A DNA stretch of 64,000 nucleotides from an uncultured Candidatus Saccharibacteria bacterium (GCA_964361095.1 CAYHZA010000007.1:3010-67009); one strand, 5' to 3'; shown: positions 48,663 to 59,784, numbered from the stretch's first letter. Translations and numbers: made by a program. The notes: generated by a model from the letters alone, not told the origin.

Positions 48663-50649
48663 TGCTAATTTTAAGTTGGTTTCTAAATTTAGACCGTCTG
48701 GAGATCAACCGAAGGCAATCGAACAGCTGACCGAAGGTCTTAGAAAGGGTTACCGCCATCAGACGCTTTTGGGCGTAACGGGAAGCGGGAAGACATTTAC
48801 TGTCGCGAACGTGATTGAGAAAATTCAAAAGCCGACGCTCGTGATCGCCCACAATAAAACGCTTGCCGCCCAGCTTTGCAACGAGTTTCGGGAACTCTTT
48901 CCCGAAAATTCGGTGAATTATTTCGTTTCTTATTACGATTATTACCAGCCGGAGGCGTATATGCCGACGACCGATACGTATATTGGCAAGGAGGCGATGA
49001 TTAACGACGAGATCGATAAATTGCGCCACGCGGCAACGGCGGCGCTTTTAACTCGTAAAGACGTGATTGTTGTCGCGTCAGTTTCCTGTATTTACGGCCT
49101 TGGCGCACCCGAGGTATACGCGGAAAATATAATCCATTTCAAACGAGGCGGCACCTTGGATCGCAGAAAGTTGATGCGCAAACTTGTCGAACTTCAGTTC
49201 CATCGCACGAACGCGGATTTAAAACGTGGAACATTTCGGCTTCGAGGCGATAAATGGGAAATTATGCCGCCGGATCGAGAAATTATTTATGACATTGAAG
49301 TAAAAAACGGAATCATCGAGGAGATTTATGAAGTAGACCCCGTGATCGGTTTTCGGTCCGGGATGACGCCGCAAAAGGATGAATTTTATGTTGCGCCGGC
49401 AAAACATTTTATTACACCGCCCCTTGAGCGTGAGTGGGCGATCAAAGCGATTCAAGAGGAATTAAAAGAGCGGTTGAATTTCTTTGAGCGCACGGGCAAG
49501 CTTTTGGAAGCCGAACGATTGGAGCGGCGGACCAAGTATGATCTCGCGATGATACGGGAAGTAGGATATTGCCATGGTATCGAGAATTACTCCCGGCATC
49601 TTTCGGGTCGCGCCGTGGGCGAGCCGCCCGAGACGCTTCTCGATTATTTCAAGGAAGATTTTCTTACCGTAATCGACGAATCGCATGTTACCGTCTCCCA
49701 ACTTGGGGGAATGTATGAAGGAGACGCTTCTCGCAAAAGAACGCTTATCGAATACGGTTTCCGTTTACCGTCCGCGGCGGATAACCGCCCCCTCAGATCC
49801 TCCGAGTTCGAGAAGCGGATCGGGCAAACGATTTATACCTCCGCGACACCCAGCTCTTATGAGCGTGAAAAGAGTGAGCGGATTGTCGAGCAAATTGTCC
49901 GACCGACGGGATTGATTGATCCGAAGATTACCATCCGTCCCGCCCGCGGCCAGGTTGATGATCTTATTCCTCGGATCGAGGAGCGTGTGGCAAGGAAAGA
50001 ACGGGTGCTTGTTACGACGCTTACGAAAAAAATGGCGGAAGATTTAAGTGCTTATCTGGAAGAAAAAAAGATGAAGGTGAATTATCTGCACAGCGACGTA
50101 AAAACATTGGATAGGATTCGGATTTTGACGGACTTACGAAAAGGAAAATATGATATATTGGTCGGCGTGAATCTTTTGCGTGAAGGTTTAGATTTGCCCG
50201 AAGTTTCGCTCGTCGCGATCTTGGATGCGGATAAAGAAGGGTTTTTGCGGAGCGAGACGTCCCTTATCCAGACAATCGGCCGAGCGGCGCGAAATGTCGG
50301 AGGTGAAGTGTTGATGTATGCCGACAAAATTACCGGTTCGGTGGAACGTGCCGTGTATGAGACCGAACGTCGCCGCGAAGTTCAACTTGCGTATAACAAA
50401 AAACATGGCATAACTCCCACGACAATCGAGAAGGCGATCAAGGATATTTTACCCGATGTGGAAGCAGTCTTGAATTTAGAGATGAAACCTTTGCCGAAGT
50501 CGCGCAAGGCAATGGACGAATTGATCCGCCAAAAAGAAAAAGAAATGAGAGACGCCGCGAATAATTTGGATTTCGAACTCGCGGCAATATTACGGGATGA
50601 GATCAGGGCATTGGCAAAAAAAGCGAATGTAAAACATAAGAAAGGATAA
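48655..50649 (+). CDS. uvrB: Excinuclease ABC subunit B
   Basis: GVTGSGKT, YYDYYQPEAY, DESH, QTIGRAAR, UVR domain. Confidence 0.96.
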   Translation: MYSANFKLVSKFRPSGDQPKAIEQLTEGLRKGYRHQTLLGVTGSGKTFTVANVIEKIQKPTLVIAHNKTLAAQLCNEFRELFPENSVNYFVSYYDYYQPEAYMPTTDTYIGKEAMINDEIDKLRHAATAALLTRKDVIVVASVSCIYGLGAPEVYAENIIHFKRGGTLDRRKLMRKLVELQFHRTNADLKRGTFRLRGDKWEIMPPDREIIYDIEVKNGIIEEIYEVDPVIGFRSGMTPQKDEFYVAPAKHFITPPLEREWAIKAIQEELKERLNFFERTGKLLEAERLERRTKYDLAMIREVGYCHGIENYSRHLSGRAVGEPPETLLDYFKEDFLTVIDESHVTVSQLGGMYEGDASRKRTLIEYGFRLPSAADNRPLRSSEFEKRIGQTIYTSATPSSYEREKSERIVEQIVRPTGLIDPKITIRPARGQVDDLIPRIEERVARKERVLVTTLTKKMAEDLSAYLEEKKMKVNYLHSDVKTLDRIRILTDLRKGKYDILVGVNLLREGLDLPEVSLVAILDADKEGFLRSETSLIQTIGRAARNVGGEVLMYADKITGSVERAVYETERRREVQLAYNKKHGITPTTIEKAIKDILPDVEAVLNLEMKPLPKSRKAMDELIRQKEKEMRDAANNLDFELAAILRDEIRALAKKANVKHKKG

Positions 50650-50778
50650 AGCGCCTGAAGAAAATTCCAAAGAAGTACGCCTAATTAAAAGAAGCACCCA
50701 TCTTTTCTTTTTTAAAAAATCCCACTATACTTCTGTGGTTACCCCCATACGTCCTTGGAAAGGGGGCGATTTCTATAT

Positions 50779-53340
50779 ATGCACGACAAAATTATCATTA
50801 AGGGTGCTCGTGAACATAACCTAAAAAACATCAACTTAGAGATTCCCCGCGAAAAGATGGTTGTTTTTACGGGGCTTTCGGGTTCAGGGAAATCCAGCTT
50901 GGCGTTCGACACGATTTTTGCCGAAGGCCAGCGCCGCTATATTGAGTCACTTTCCGCTTACGCGCGGCAGTTTTTGGGTCGTTTAGACAAGCCGGATGTG
51001 GATGAAATAGAGGGTCTTTCGCCCGCTATCTCGATCGACCAGAAACACCACTCCGCGAATCCGCGCTCAACGGTCGCGACGATCACCGAAATTTACGACT
51101 ATATGCGCGTGCTCTACGCGCGCGCGGGAAAACCATATTGCCCAAAGTGCGGCAAGGGTATCCAGAAGCTTACGAATGAGGAGATTGTGGATGCGGTTAT
51201 GGACTTCGCAAAATCCATGCGAACCAAAAAAGAGAAAGAAATTACCATCCTCGCTCCCGTGGTGATGGGGCGCAAGGGGGAGTATTACCAGTTGCTGTAT
51301 GATTTTTTGAACGCGGGATTTTCGGAAGCGCGGATTGACGGGAAATTCCACTATCTTCGTGATCGTATTGAATTGAGTCGTTATCAGGCGCATACCATAG
51401 AAATTCTTATCGATCGTATGCCCACCGAATTGCCCGCCAAAGGCCGGTCCGCCTCAGGCGGAGACTTTAAGGAGTATCGTTTACGAATCGCCGAAGCCGT
51501 TGAAAATGCCCTAAAACACGGCCATGACGTCCTTACTGTTTCGGCGGCAAGCCATCACATATCGCTTTCTTCAAAATTCTCCTGTTCCAATGACGGTTTT
51601 TCGTTTCCCGAGATAGAGCCGAGATTATTTTCTTTTAACAGTCCGTACGGTGCCTGCCCCGAATGTCATGGATTGGGAACGGAAAGCGTATGGTCCGAAA
51701 AGCCGTGTCTCGTCTGTCACGGGAAGCGCCTTCGGGAAGAGGCGCTCGGAGTGTTGATTGCGGATAAAAATATAGTGACGGTTACGGCGATGTCGGTTTC
51801 GCATGCTTTTGATTTTTTCTCTAAATTGGAACTTAAAAATTCTTCAGCCAGCGGAAAACGTTTTCACGAAATTGCCGAGACGCCACTTCGGGAGATAAAA
51901 AATCGCTTGAAGTTTATGATGGATGTCGGTTTGGATTACCTGACGCTCGAGCGCAGGGCGGGAACCCTCTCGGGCGGAGAGTCGCAGAGAATACGATTGG
52001 CATCGCAAATCGGTTCTCGGCTTGTGGGGACGCTCTATATTTTAGACGAACCAACTATCGGCTTGCATCAGCGTGATAACGCCAAGCTTATTAAAACTCT
52101 TCACGAACTGCGCGATTTGGGGAATACGATTATCGTCGTTGAACACGACGAAGAAACGATCCGCGAGAGCGATTATTTCGTGGACATCGGTCCGGGCGCG
52201 GGTATTCACGGCGGGAGGATTGTCGCGCAAGGGCCGATCCCCGAAATTTTCAAAGATAAAAAACAAAGATCCGCGACGCTTGATTTTTTGCGGGGAGACA
52301 AGAAAATCGCCGTGCCCAAAGAACGGCGTTCGGTTAAGGATAGACATGATTGCATCAAAATCCGCGGTGCCTCCGAAAACAATTTAAAAAATATCGACGT
52401 GGATATTCCTTTGCGGCGTTTTACGGCGGTAACAGGCGTTTCGGGTTCGGGGAAAAGCTCTCTGGTTTACGATGTGATCTATAAAAATCTTTCAAAGCGT
52501 TTTTTTGGTGTGCCCCAGCAAACCGGCGCAGTGAAATCAATTGCCGGCCTCGAGTACATCAATCGAGTCATTAATATTGACCAGTCGCCGATCGGGCGCA
52601 CGCCACGTTCCAATCCCGCGACATATGTGGGCGCGTGGACATTTATCCGAGATCTTTTTACGGCGACCGAGGAGGCGCGCGTGCGGGGATATAAACCCGG
52701 ACGGTTCAGCTTTAATGTGCCGGGCGGCAGGTGTGAAAATTGCGAGGGGCATGGCGTGATTGAGATTGAAATGCATTTTTTGCCGGCGGTGTACGTGGAG
52801 TGCGATGTTTGCCGCGGCAAGCGTTTCGACCGTGAGACGTTGGAGGTGAAGTATAAAGAAAAGAATATTTACGACGTGCTCCATATGACGGTTGAAGAGG
52901 CTGTGCCGTTTTTTACCGATATTCCATGGCTTTATGATAGGTTGAAAATTTTAGAAGAGGTCGGTTTGGGTTATTTGGAATTGGGGCAGTCGGCGGTAAC
53001 ACTTTCGGGCGGCGAGGCGCAGAGGATTAAACTTTCCGCGGAGCTTGGTAAGCGTGATACGCGCAAAACGTTATATCTACTCGACGAACCGACCACGGGA
53101 CTTCACTTCGCCGACGTCGCACAACTTTTAGGTGTTTTGAATCGCTTGGTGGATCGGGGGAATACCGTAGTTGTCATTGAACATAATTTAGATGTCATCA
53201 AAACCGCCGACTGGGTAATTGACCTAGGACCCGAAGGAGGGGAGAAAGGCGGACAAGTAGTCGCCTCGGGCACGCCCGAAGAGGTATCGCGGAGAAAAGA
53301 AAGCCATACGGCGGAGTACTTGAGAAAGGTGCTGAAATAG
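50779..53340 (+). CDS. uvrA: Excinuclease ABC subunit A
   Basis: Two ABC modules ([14 protein letters not shown] twice), zinc fingers. Confidence 0.96.
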   Translation: MHDKIIIKGAREHNLKNINLEIPREKMVVFTGLSGSGKSSLAFDTIFAEGQRRYIESLSAYARQFLGRLDKPDVDEIEGLSPAISIDQKHHSANPRSTVATITEIYDYMRVLYARAGKPYCPKCGKGIQKLTNEEIVDAVMDFAKSMRTKKEKEITILAPVVMGRKGEYYQLLYDFLNAGFSEARIDGKFHYLRDRIELSRYQAHTIEILIDRMPTELPAKGRSASGGDFKEYRLRIAEAVENALKHGHDVLTVSAASHHISLSSKFSCSNDGFSFPEIEPRLFSFNSPYGACPECHGLGTESVWSEKPCLVCHGKRLREEALGVLIADKNIVTVTAMSVSHAFDFFSKLELKNSSASGKRFHEIAETPLREIKNRLKFMMDVGLDYLTLERRAGTLSGGESQRIRLASQIGSRLVGTLYILDEPTIGLHQRDNAKLIKTLHELRDLGNTIIVVEHDEETIRESDYFVDIGPGAGIHGGRIVAQGPIPEIFKDKKQRSATLDFLRGDKKIAVPKERRSVKDRHDCIKIRGASENNLKNIDVDIPLRRFTAVTGVSGSGKSSLVYDVIYKNLSKRFFGVPQQTGAVKSIAGLEYINRVINIDQSPIGRTPRSNPATYVGAWTFIRDLFTATEEARVRGYKPGRFSFNVPGGRCENCEGHGVIEIEMHFLPAVYVECDVCRGKRFDRETLEVKYKEKNIYDVLHMTVEEAVPFFTDIPWLYDRLKILEEVGLGYLELGQSAVTLSGGEAQRIKLSAELGKRDTRKTLYLLDEPTTGLHFADVAQLLGVLNRLVDRGNTVVVIEHNLDVIKTADWVIDLGPEGGEKGGQVVASGTPEEVSRRKESHTAEYLRKVLK

Positions 53341-53403
53341 CTGGTTTTTCGATAGTGCTTTATAGAAATGCTATAATAGTGTCATAATCTAATTTTCAAT
53401 TTT

Positions 53404-54060
53404 ATGTCATTCGAAAGAAGTTCTAATTTTGAGAATCAGGAGGGGCAACCGGAGAATTTTTCGGAGATGAAGCGCGTGTTCAAGGAGGAGGAAGGAATAT
53501 TGGCGCAATTTCGGGGCAAGGCAAAAGGAATCGCAAAGGTGTTGGCATTAGTTTCCACTATGTCTTTAGGTATGGCGGTTGCGCAAGAAACTTGGGCTGG
53601 ACAAGAGGGTCAGGGCGAACAGAAAAGTAATGTTGAGCAGATTGAAAAAGCTAAGGAAAAAATTGGAGAAGAACGAGCCGTCGAGCTTCTCTCTCTACTT
53701 TATAATCTTCCGGATACCCCCGGTGCTAATCAGGCAAAAAATCTTTGGGGAAAACAAGAGGCGGCACGCATTATGATTAAATTATTTTCACTTGACAATA
53801 AGCTTGGATTCCCCGAACTTAAAGCGGGAGAAAAATTGGAAGGTACTCCTTCTATCATAGATATCAAAAACGGACTTCACGTAATTGGGAACGCCACCGG
53901 TCTTTTTGCAGATAAAATGTTTGGTAATAAAGACGGCAATCCGGACATTGAAGAAATGCAAAAACTTCAAGTTGCGATGAAGGATAGCGTCGGCCTTCAG
54001 GAGTATATAGAGATGGAAGGGGAAGTTTCCGCATTAAGCAGAAATGTACAAGAACAATAA
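53404..54060 (+). CDS. Hypothetical protein
   Basis: ORF track; TGCTATAAT upstream. Confidence 0.65.
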   Translation: MSFERSSNFENQEGQPENFSEMKRVFKEEEGILAQFRGKAKGIAKVLALVSTMSLGMAVAQETWAGQEGQGEQKSNVEQIEKAKEKIGEERAVELLSLLYNLPDTPGANQAKNLWGKQEAARIMIKLFSLDNKLGFPELKAGEKLEGTPSIIDIKNGLHVIGNATGLFADKMFGNKDGNPDIEEMQKLQVAMKDSVGLQEYIEMEGEVSALSRNVQEQ

Positions 54061-54328
54061 GGACATTGAATTCATTGCGCAGGCGCTCCGAGAGTCCTCG
54101 TTGAGCAAAGAAGACCAAGATGATTTTTTGCTCTTTTGTTTTATGACACCGAAATCCGAACGAGAGCCGTTGATCGCGTTAATTCAGGATGATCCATCAT
54201 GGATTCAAAAACTAAGCATAAATTATAAGGCGAAAAAACAGGCGATACGAGATCGAAACTCGGACTTGCTTGATGCTATTGTTCAAGAAGAACAAACGAT
54301 GCTCTCGGAAATAGAACAGCGGGGATGA
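54044..54328 (+). CDS. Hypothetical protein
   Basis: ORF track; overlaps the previous gene. Confidence 0.6.
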   Translation: MYKNNKDIEFIAQALRESSLSKEDQDDFLLFCFMTPKSEREPLIALIQDDPSWIQKLSINYKAKKQAIRDRNSDLLDAIVQEEQTMLSEIEQRG

Positions 54329-54429
54329 TAGTTTCTTGTGCATTAGGAATTTGCCAAGCGTTTTGCTGTTGTGTGTGGTTCGGGGCTTTTTACTTGTCTT
54401 GAGTTTTATCGAAGAGTTACAATAAATCT

Positions 54430-54708
54430 ATGATCACAATCATCGGCAACGACGTGAGGCGCGGTGGAGCAAAGATAGGCTGGGTTCGAGCGAACGATGT
54501 CTATAACGAAGACGGCAAGAAGGTTGGATATTTTTCAAGTAATGATATTTATGACACAAATAATCATAAGCTTGGCTATATCGAGGGGAATTATCTTTAT
54601 GCATCTGACGGACACAAAATCGAACTTGATGATATTCGGAAGGAAATAACCGGCGGTAGTTTGTCCGACTTGGAGCGCGCGGCGGTGCGTCTGCTTTTGG
54701 GAGATTAA
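54430..54708 (+). CDS. Small beta-repeat protein
   Basis: Repeated NDxY...G.K(I/V/L)G(W/Y) units. Confidence 0.7.
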   Translation: MITIIGNDVRRGGAKIGWVRANDVYNEDGKKVGYFSSNDIYDTNNHKLGYIEGNYLYASDGHKIELDDIRKEITGGSLSDLERAAVRLLLGD

Positions 54709-54860
54709 TAAGAGCTCAAATTTTTTGTTCGCCGATTTTGCTGAATTGAACCCCATTACAACCCAGAAATTCCGGCCGTGAGGCCGGATTGTAACGGGGT
54801 GAATGTATGATATATACTGATGAGTAGTATTATTTTTGAATTCTTCCGAGGAGGAACGCC

Positions 54861-55361
54861 GTGCGATTCTTGATGGGCGCGTTTTTGTTTTTTGTTGGCG
54901 TGGTATCTCTCGCGGTTGCCGAAGATATGCCGTCCGATCCGAACAGAATATCCCTTCTTTTCGCGGCTTCGGAGTTCTCGCTTGACCCCGCAATTCACTC
55001 CAAATTTTTCTTTGAAGATTACCGTCCCGATAAGATACGCTTCATCGATATACGAGACTTTTGTAGCCGGAAATGCGTGATGTCGGTGGCCATGATCTCT
55101 TGGGTAGGCGCCGCCATAGAATCCTATCGTGGCGACGGTAAGTTCAGACTTAGATCACGCGTTAAGCAAGAGCCGACAGTAAGCGCCAGTTTTGAAGTTA
55201 GTGACGGACAACGAGCAATATTCATTCCTCGCCGTTCAATGCCACGTATTGTCTTTCCGCTTGAAAATGGGAATTCACTACTTGCAGTTCATATCACTGG
55301 CAACGGCATTGCTTTGACGTATGCGCGCACGTTTGGTCCACCGAGGCCGAAGCGTCACTAA
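54861..55361 (+). CDS. Hypothetical exported protein
   Basis: GAGGAGG SD before GTG; signal peptide. Confidence 0.55.
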   Translation: MRFLMGAFLFFVGVVSLAVAEDMPSDPNRISLLFAASEFSLDPAIHSKFFFEDYRPDKIRFIDIRDFCSRKCVMSVAMISWVGAAIESYRGDGKFRLRSRVKQEPTVSASFEVSDGQRAIFIPRRSMPRIVFPLENGNSLLAVHITGNGIALTYARTFGPPRPKRH

Positions 55362-55443
55362 AGGGCTCTGTGTGAAAATACAGAGTCCTTATTTTTTACG
55401 TAGGAAGCTTTTTTATTTTGCTCTAATCTCGAGAGCAGTTACA

Positions 55444-56655
55444 ATGCTTATGATGCCTTTGTTTTATTCAAAATTTCCCGATTCGCCCGGTGTTTACTTA
55501 ATGAAAGACGTTACCGGACGGATTCTCTATATCGGCAAAGCCGCGAATTTGAAGCGGCGTGTTTCGAGCTATTTTTTGAGACCTCACGGTTCTCGGATCC
55601 AAAAACTGGTGAGTGAGATCAAAAAAATAGATTATCGGTCAACCGATACCGCGATCGAGGCGCTGATCTTGGAAGCGCAACTTATTAAAAAATATCTGCC
55701 TCCATATAATATCCGAGAGAAGGACGATAAAAGTTTTCTCTATGTTGAAATCACCAAGGAGAAATTTCCGCGGGTTTTGCTTGTAAGGGGCAAAGAAAGA
55801 CTTGCCCAGCCGCACTTTTCTTTGAAAAGTGCGGCTGGGTTCGGACCATTTACTTCCGCTTCGAGTATCCGCGAGGCATTGCGTATTATTCGGAGGATCT
55901 TTCCCTTCAGTGTTCACTCGCCGGATGCGAAATTTACGAGGCCATGTTTTGAGCGTGAGATAGGGCTTTGTCCCGGAACCTGTGTTGGGGCGATAAACCG
56001 TGTTGATTATCTTAAGAATATTCGTAACCTTAAGCTGTTTTTCCAAGGCAAAAAAGATAGGATAGTAACCTCTCTCACCAAAGAGATGCGGATTGCGAGT
56101 AAGAAACTTGAATTTGAAAAAGCAGAAAAATGGAAGCGGCAAATATTCGCGCTTCGGCATATTCAAGATGTGGCATTGATCACAGAAGAACGGATTGCAA
56201 GCAGCGCGTTACAGGCAATAAGAATTGAGGGTTACGATATTTCGAATATTTCCGGTACTTCCGCGGTGGGGTCAATGGTAGTATTTGCCGGCAATGAACC
56301 GGAGAGAAACCAGTATCGGAAGTTCAAGATCAAATTATTTACCGAACCGAATGACGTGGGAATGTTATCGGAGGTTTTGCGGAGGCGTTTTCATAATGCG
56401 TGGCCGTTGCCTGTTCTGATTCTTGTGGATGGCGGTAAGGGCCAGGTGCATGCCGCAAAAGACGTGATAAGAGAGTTCGGTTTAAGGATTCCCGTCGTGG
56501 GTATCGCGAAGGGGCCGGAACGTAAACGCAATGACGTGGTAGGCATTATTCCCAAGGGCATCGCGAAATCAACGCTTATTAATGTGCGCGATGAGGCGCA
56601 CCGCTTCGCGATTGCGTATCACAAAACTTTGCGAAGCCAAGCTTTTCTCCGGTAA
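55444..56655 (+). CDS. uvrC: Excinuclease ABC subunit C (short form lacking C-terminal HhH)
   Basis: GIY-YIG (PGVYLM..LYIGKA), IEGYDISN, LVDGGKGQ, RDEAHRFA. Confidence 0.92.
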   Translation: MLMMPLFYSKFPDSPGVYLMKDVTGRILYIGKAANLKRRVSSYFLRPHGSRIQKLVSEIKKIDYRSTDTAIEALILEAQLIKKYLPPYNIREKDDKSFLYVEITKEKFPRVLLVRGKERLAQPHFSLKSAAGFGPFTSASSIREALRIIRRIFPFSVHSPDAKFTRPCFEREIGLCPGTCVGAINRVDYLKNIRNLKLFFQGKKDRIVTSLTKEMRIASKKLEFEKAEKWKRQIFALRHIQDVALITEERIASSALQAIRIEGYDISNISGTSAVGSMVVFAGNEPERNQYRKFKIKLFTEPNDVGMLSEVLRRRFHNAWPLPVLILVDGGKGQVHAAKDVIREFGLRIPVVGIAKGPERKRNDVVGIIPKGIAKSTLINVRDEAHRFAIAYHKTLRSQAFLR

Positions 56656-56748
56656 GCAACGCAAGATTGACAAACATTCGGAAGCGCAGTTAGATAGAAA
56701 GAGAACATTGTGTTATTTACGCTGGTGAACCTTTGGCGAGGAGGGTGC

Positions 56749-57224
56749 ATGGCGTATGGGAAAGAGTGGATTCAGGAAAAAATGCGCTCGGATTCTCTGC
56801 GGCGCGCGGGGTGGAAAGTTTTCATCCTTTTCGGGTACTTCGTTCTAGGACCCTGCCTTGGAATGGTGTTCGCTTTTTTCATCTATAAAGCGTGGCTTTA
56901 CTCGCCGACGCTTTACGTGCTCACGCTCATGAGCGGTTTGCTCGCGTGGAGTTACCGAAAACGCTTGAGCGTGCGATTCTCGAGCATTTGCGGATTCACA
57001 TCAACCTTTTTCACGCGGGGGATGCTATGGGTAACCACGAGATTTTCCTCGGTTCTGCGGTCGTGGATGTAGGGTGGCGGGGAGGGAGTGCCGCTATCGT
57101 CATTTCCCTTGTTTTTGGGCTTTGGGTTCTGTTATTCGCCATCTGGTGTTTCGCGCATTACATTTACGGTCTTGACGCGGATGATGTCTCGACCGACGTC
57201 GACGACCCACAGCGCAATCAGTAG
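56749..57224 (+). CDS. Hypothetical membrane protein, possibly frameshifted near 57065
   Basis: ORF 56749-57072 with GAGGAGG SD; another frame continues with a TM segment to 57224. Confidence 0.45.
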
Positions 57225-57363
57225 TCAGTATCGAAATCAAAGCGACTTGCAAGAAGTAAGTCTTATGGTTTCACGATAAGCCCGGTATGTAACAAAACCC
57301 CGGGCTTTTTTTACCCAAAAAATTATGTTGCCCCAAGACAGGCATCACACTACAATAAGAGCT

Positions 57364-58113
57364 ATGCGAGCGCTTCGGACAAGGTTTGGCAAGGATATCG
57401 TAGCGGAATTTTTACCGCCCCGCCGGAGATCCCAAAACGTTATTATTCTTTGCGGCGGGATGCCGGGTTATCCGTCGGCCAAATTTCCGCTCCTGGATTT
57501 TTTTTCAAAAAAAGGATATTGGGTTTTTTCCCCGCGCTATCGGGGAAGCTGGGAGAGCGGCGGAAGATTTTTAAGAATTTCTCCGGATCGGGATGTGATT
57601 GCTGTTATAGACCAGCTTCCCTTGGGATTTAAAGACTTATGGAATAACAAAACGTATCGTGTAAAACCCGATAAGATTTATTTGATCGGCGGAAGTTTCG
57701 GGGGACCGGCGGTAATCTTATCGTCGCGCGACGCGCGGATTACCAAGGCAATCGCCATTTCTCCCGTGGTTGATTTTCGGGTGCGAAGCAAGGTGGATCC
57801 GATCGATTGGCTGGGAAAATTTGTTAAAGAAGCATTCGGAGAAGGATACCGTTATTCAATGAAGGATTGGAATAAATTAAAGAATGGCCGCTTTTATAAT
57901 CCCGTCGCGTACAGTGACGATTTGGACGGGAAAAAGCTTTTTATTATTCACGCGAAAGATGATGATGTGGTGGCGTGGAAGCCGGTTCAAAAATTTGCCC
58001 GCCGCGTCGGGTCTCAACTAATGCTTTTGCGGAGCGGAGGGCATCTTTCGATGCCGCTTATCGTCAAACCGCGTTTTTATAAGCGGATACATAAATTTTT
58101 AAAATCAAAATAA
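57364..58113 (+). CDS. Alpha/beta hydrolase
   Basis: GGSFGG nucleophile elbow, HAKDD, GGH. Confidence 0.85.
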   Translation: MRALRTRFGKDIVAEFLPPRRRSQNVIILCGGMPGYPSAKFPLLDFFSKKGYWVFSPRYRGSWESGGRFLRISPDRDVIAVIDQLPLGFKDLWNNKTYRVKPDKIYLIGGSFGGPAVILSSRDARITKAIAISPVVDFRVRSKVDPIDWLGKFVKEAFGEGYRYSMKDWNKLKNGRFYNPVAYSDDLDGKKLFIIHAKDDDVVAWKPVQKFARRVGSQLMLLRSGGHLSMPLIVKPRFYKRIHKFLKSK

Positions 58114-58116
58114 GAT

Positions 58117-58965
58117 ATGTTTTATATCGGCGGACATGTTTCGGCCTCTGGAGGACTTTCGAAGACGATCGAAAACGCGGAGAAAATCGGCGCGAATGCC
58201 ATTCAATTTTTCGGTTCTTCTCCGCGCCAGTGGCGCGTGACCAAACATTTCGGAGACGATATTGCGGCGTTTCGATTAGCACTTAAAAAAAGCCCCATCA
58301 AACAAGTATTTCTTCATGCACCCTATCTTATTAACCTTGCGAGTCCCGCCGAGGATTCACGCGCGCGGTCTCGAAATCTTTTGACGGATCATTTTAAGAT
58401 TGCCGAGGCGATTGGCGCTCAAGGGCTCATTTTTCATATCGGTTCTCGCAAGGGCTTATCAAAAGAACAAGCGGAAAAAATTATTGTTCGTGAGTTACGG
58501 GAGACGCTTCGTGGTGTTTCCGGAAAAAGTTTTCTTGTTATAGAAAACAGCGCCGGAGGAGGGGAAAGTGTGGGGAGTACCTTAGAGGAAATTGCATCTA
58601 TTATGAAAGCGGTTGATTCAGGGCGTCTTATGATGTGCCTTGATACGGCGCATGCTTTTGAGTCGGGAATGATACCCGGTTATACGGAAGAGACCGTTAA
58701 AGAGCTTGCGGGGAAGATAAAAAAAACCGTGGGATTTCACCGTCTCGTGGCGCTCCATGTAAATGACAGCAAAACCGTTTTTAACTCCCATCATGATCGC
58801 CACGAAAATATAGGGAAGGGATATATCGGGTTGGAGGGTTTTCAAGCGCTCGCTCGCCATAAAATATTCAAGAAGAAGCCGTGGATTTTAGAAGTTCCCG
58901 GATTTGACGGAAATGGCCCCGACAAAAAAAATGTCGACATTCTCAAGTCTTGTTTTACTTCATAG
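58117..58965 (+). CDS. nfo: Endonuclease IV
   Basis: IGGHVS, HAPYLINLAS, CLDTAH, HVNDSK, DRHENIG. Confidence 0.93.
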   Translation: MFYIGGHVSASGGLSKTIENAEKIGANAIQFFGSSPRQWRVTKHFGDDIAAFRLALKKSPIKQVFLHAPYLINLASPAEDSRARSRNLLTDHFKIAEAIGAQGLIFHIGSRKGLSKEQAEKIIVRELRETLRGVSGKSFLVIENSAGGGESVGSTLEEIASIMKAVDSGRLMMCLDTAHAFESGMIPGYTEETVKELAGKIKKTVGFHRLVALHVNDSKTVFNSHHDRHENIGKGYIGLEGFQALARHKIFKKKPWILEVPGFDGNGPDKKNVDILKSCFTS

Positions 58966-58990
58966 CGCCATAATGTTGTAGAATATAACC

Positions 58991-59500
58991 ATGGCAGCTT
59001 CATCTGGAAGACGTGCGTCGGCTCTTTATCTTCGGAACTTTGTGTTCGGGGTCGAGGATAGTTTGGTTTCAACCGTAGGACTTGTTTCCGGTGTCGCGAT
59101 CTCCGGTCTTCCGCGGGCGGCCATATTTATGACGGGCATCATATTGATTTTTGTGGAGGCATTCTCGATGGCTATCGGATCCTTTCTTTCGGAAGGATCG
59201 GTAGAAGATTATCTTGGGCAGAAGAATGAAAGCAGAAAACTTTCGTACGTTGCCGGGATTATTATGTTTGTTTCATATTTTATCTCAGGTTTTGTTCCGT
59301 TGTTTCCGTATCTTTTTTTTGAAGTTAGCGGCGCACTTACGTTGTCGATTGTCGTTTCACTCATTGCTCTTTTTTTCATGGGTGTCGCAAAGGGGAAAAT
59401 GTCACATACTCCGTGGATAAGGAGTGGATTCAAAATGTTTCTCGTGGGAGGAATCGCTATTGCGGTGGGAGTGACTATAGGAAGTCTGGTGCGTCTTTAA
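58991..59500 (+). CDS. VIT1/CCC1 family transporter
   Basis: VFGVEDSLVST, EAFSMA, GFVPLFPY. Confidence 0.85.
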   Translation: MAASSGRRASALYLRNFVFGVEDSLVSTVGLVSGVAISGLPRAAIFMTGIILIFVEAFSMAIGSFLSEGSVEDYLGQKNESRKLSYVAGIIMFVSYFISGFVPLFPYLFFEVSGALTLSIVVSLIALFFMGVAKGKMSHTPWIRSGFKMFLVGGIAIAVGVTIGSLVRL

Positions 59501-59529
59501 GAGCTTGGATTTTATGATACACTAAGACT

Positions 59530-59784
59530 ATGAGCAACATTAAGGAGGGTTTTTTTATTCCCATCGAAGAAGCTATATTGAATCCTTTGACGGGGGTCGT
59601 TCTTTGGATTGTTTTTTCTATTCTTTTTCTTCTATGGGCGGCAATGAGTGTGATTCTCCGCTATCATTGGAAAAGTTATAGCTTTGAACAGAAAAAAATT
59701 ACTCGATCGAAGCAAGTCTATTTTACGGGGTCGTTTCTGTTTATTGCCATTATGATTTTTTCTTTGATTTTTTATTCGCTATGA
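59530..59784 (+). CDS. Small membrane protein
   Basis: ILRYHWKSY between two TMs. Confidence 0.65.
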   Translation: MSNIKEGFFIPIEEAILNPLTGVVLWIVFSILFLLWAAMSVILRYHWKSYSFEQKKITRSKQVYFTGSFLFIAIMIFSLIFYSL

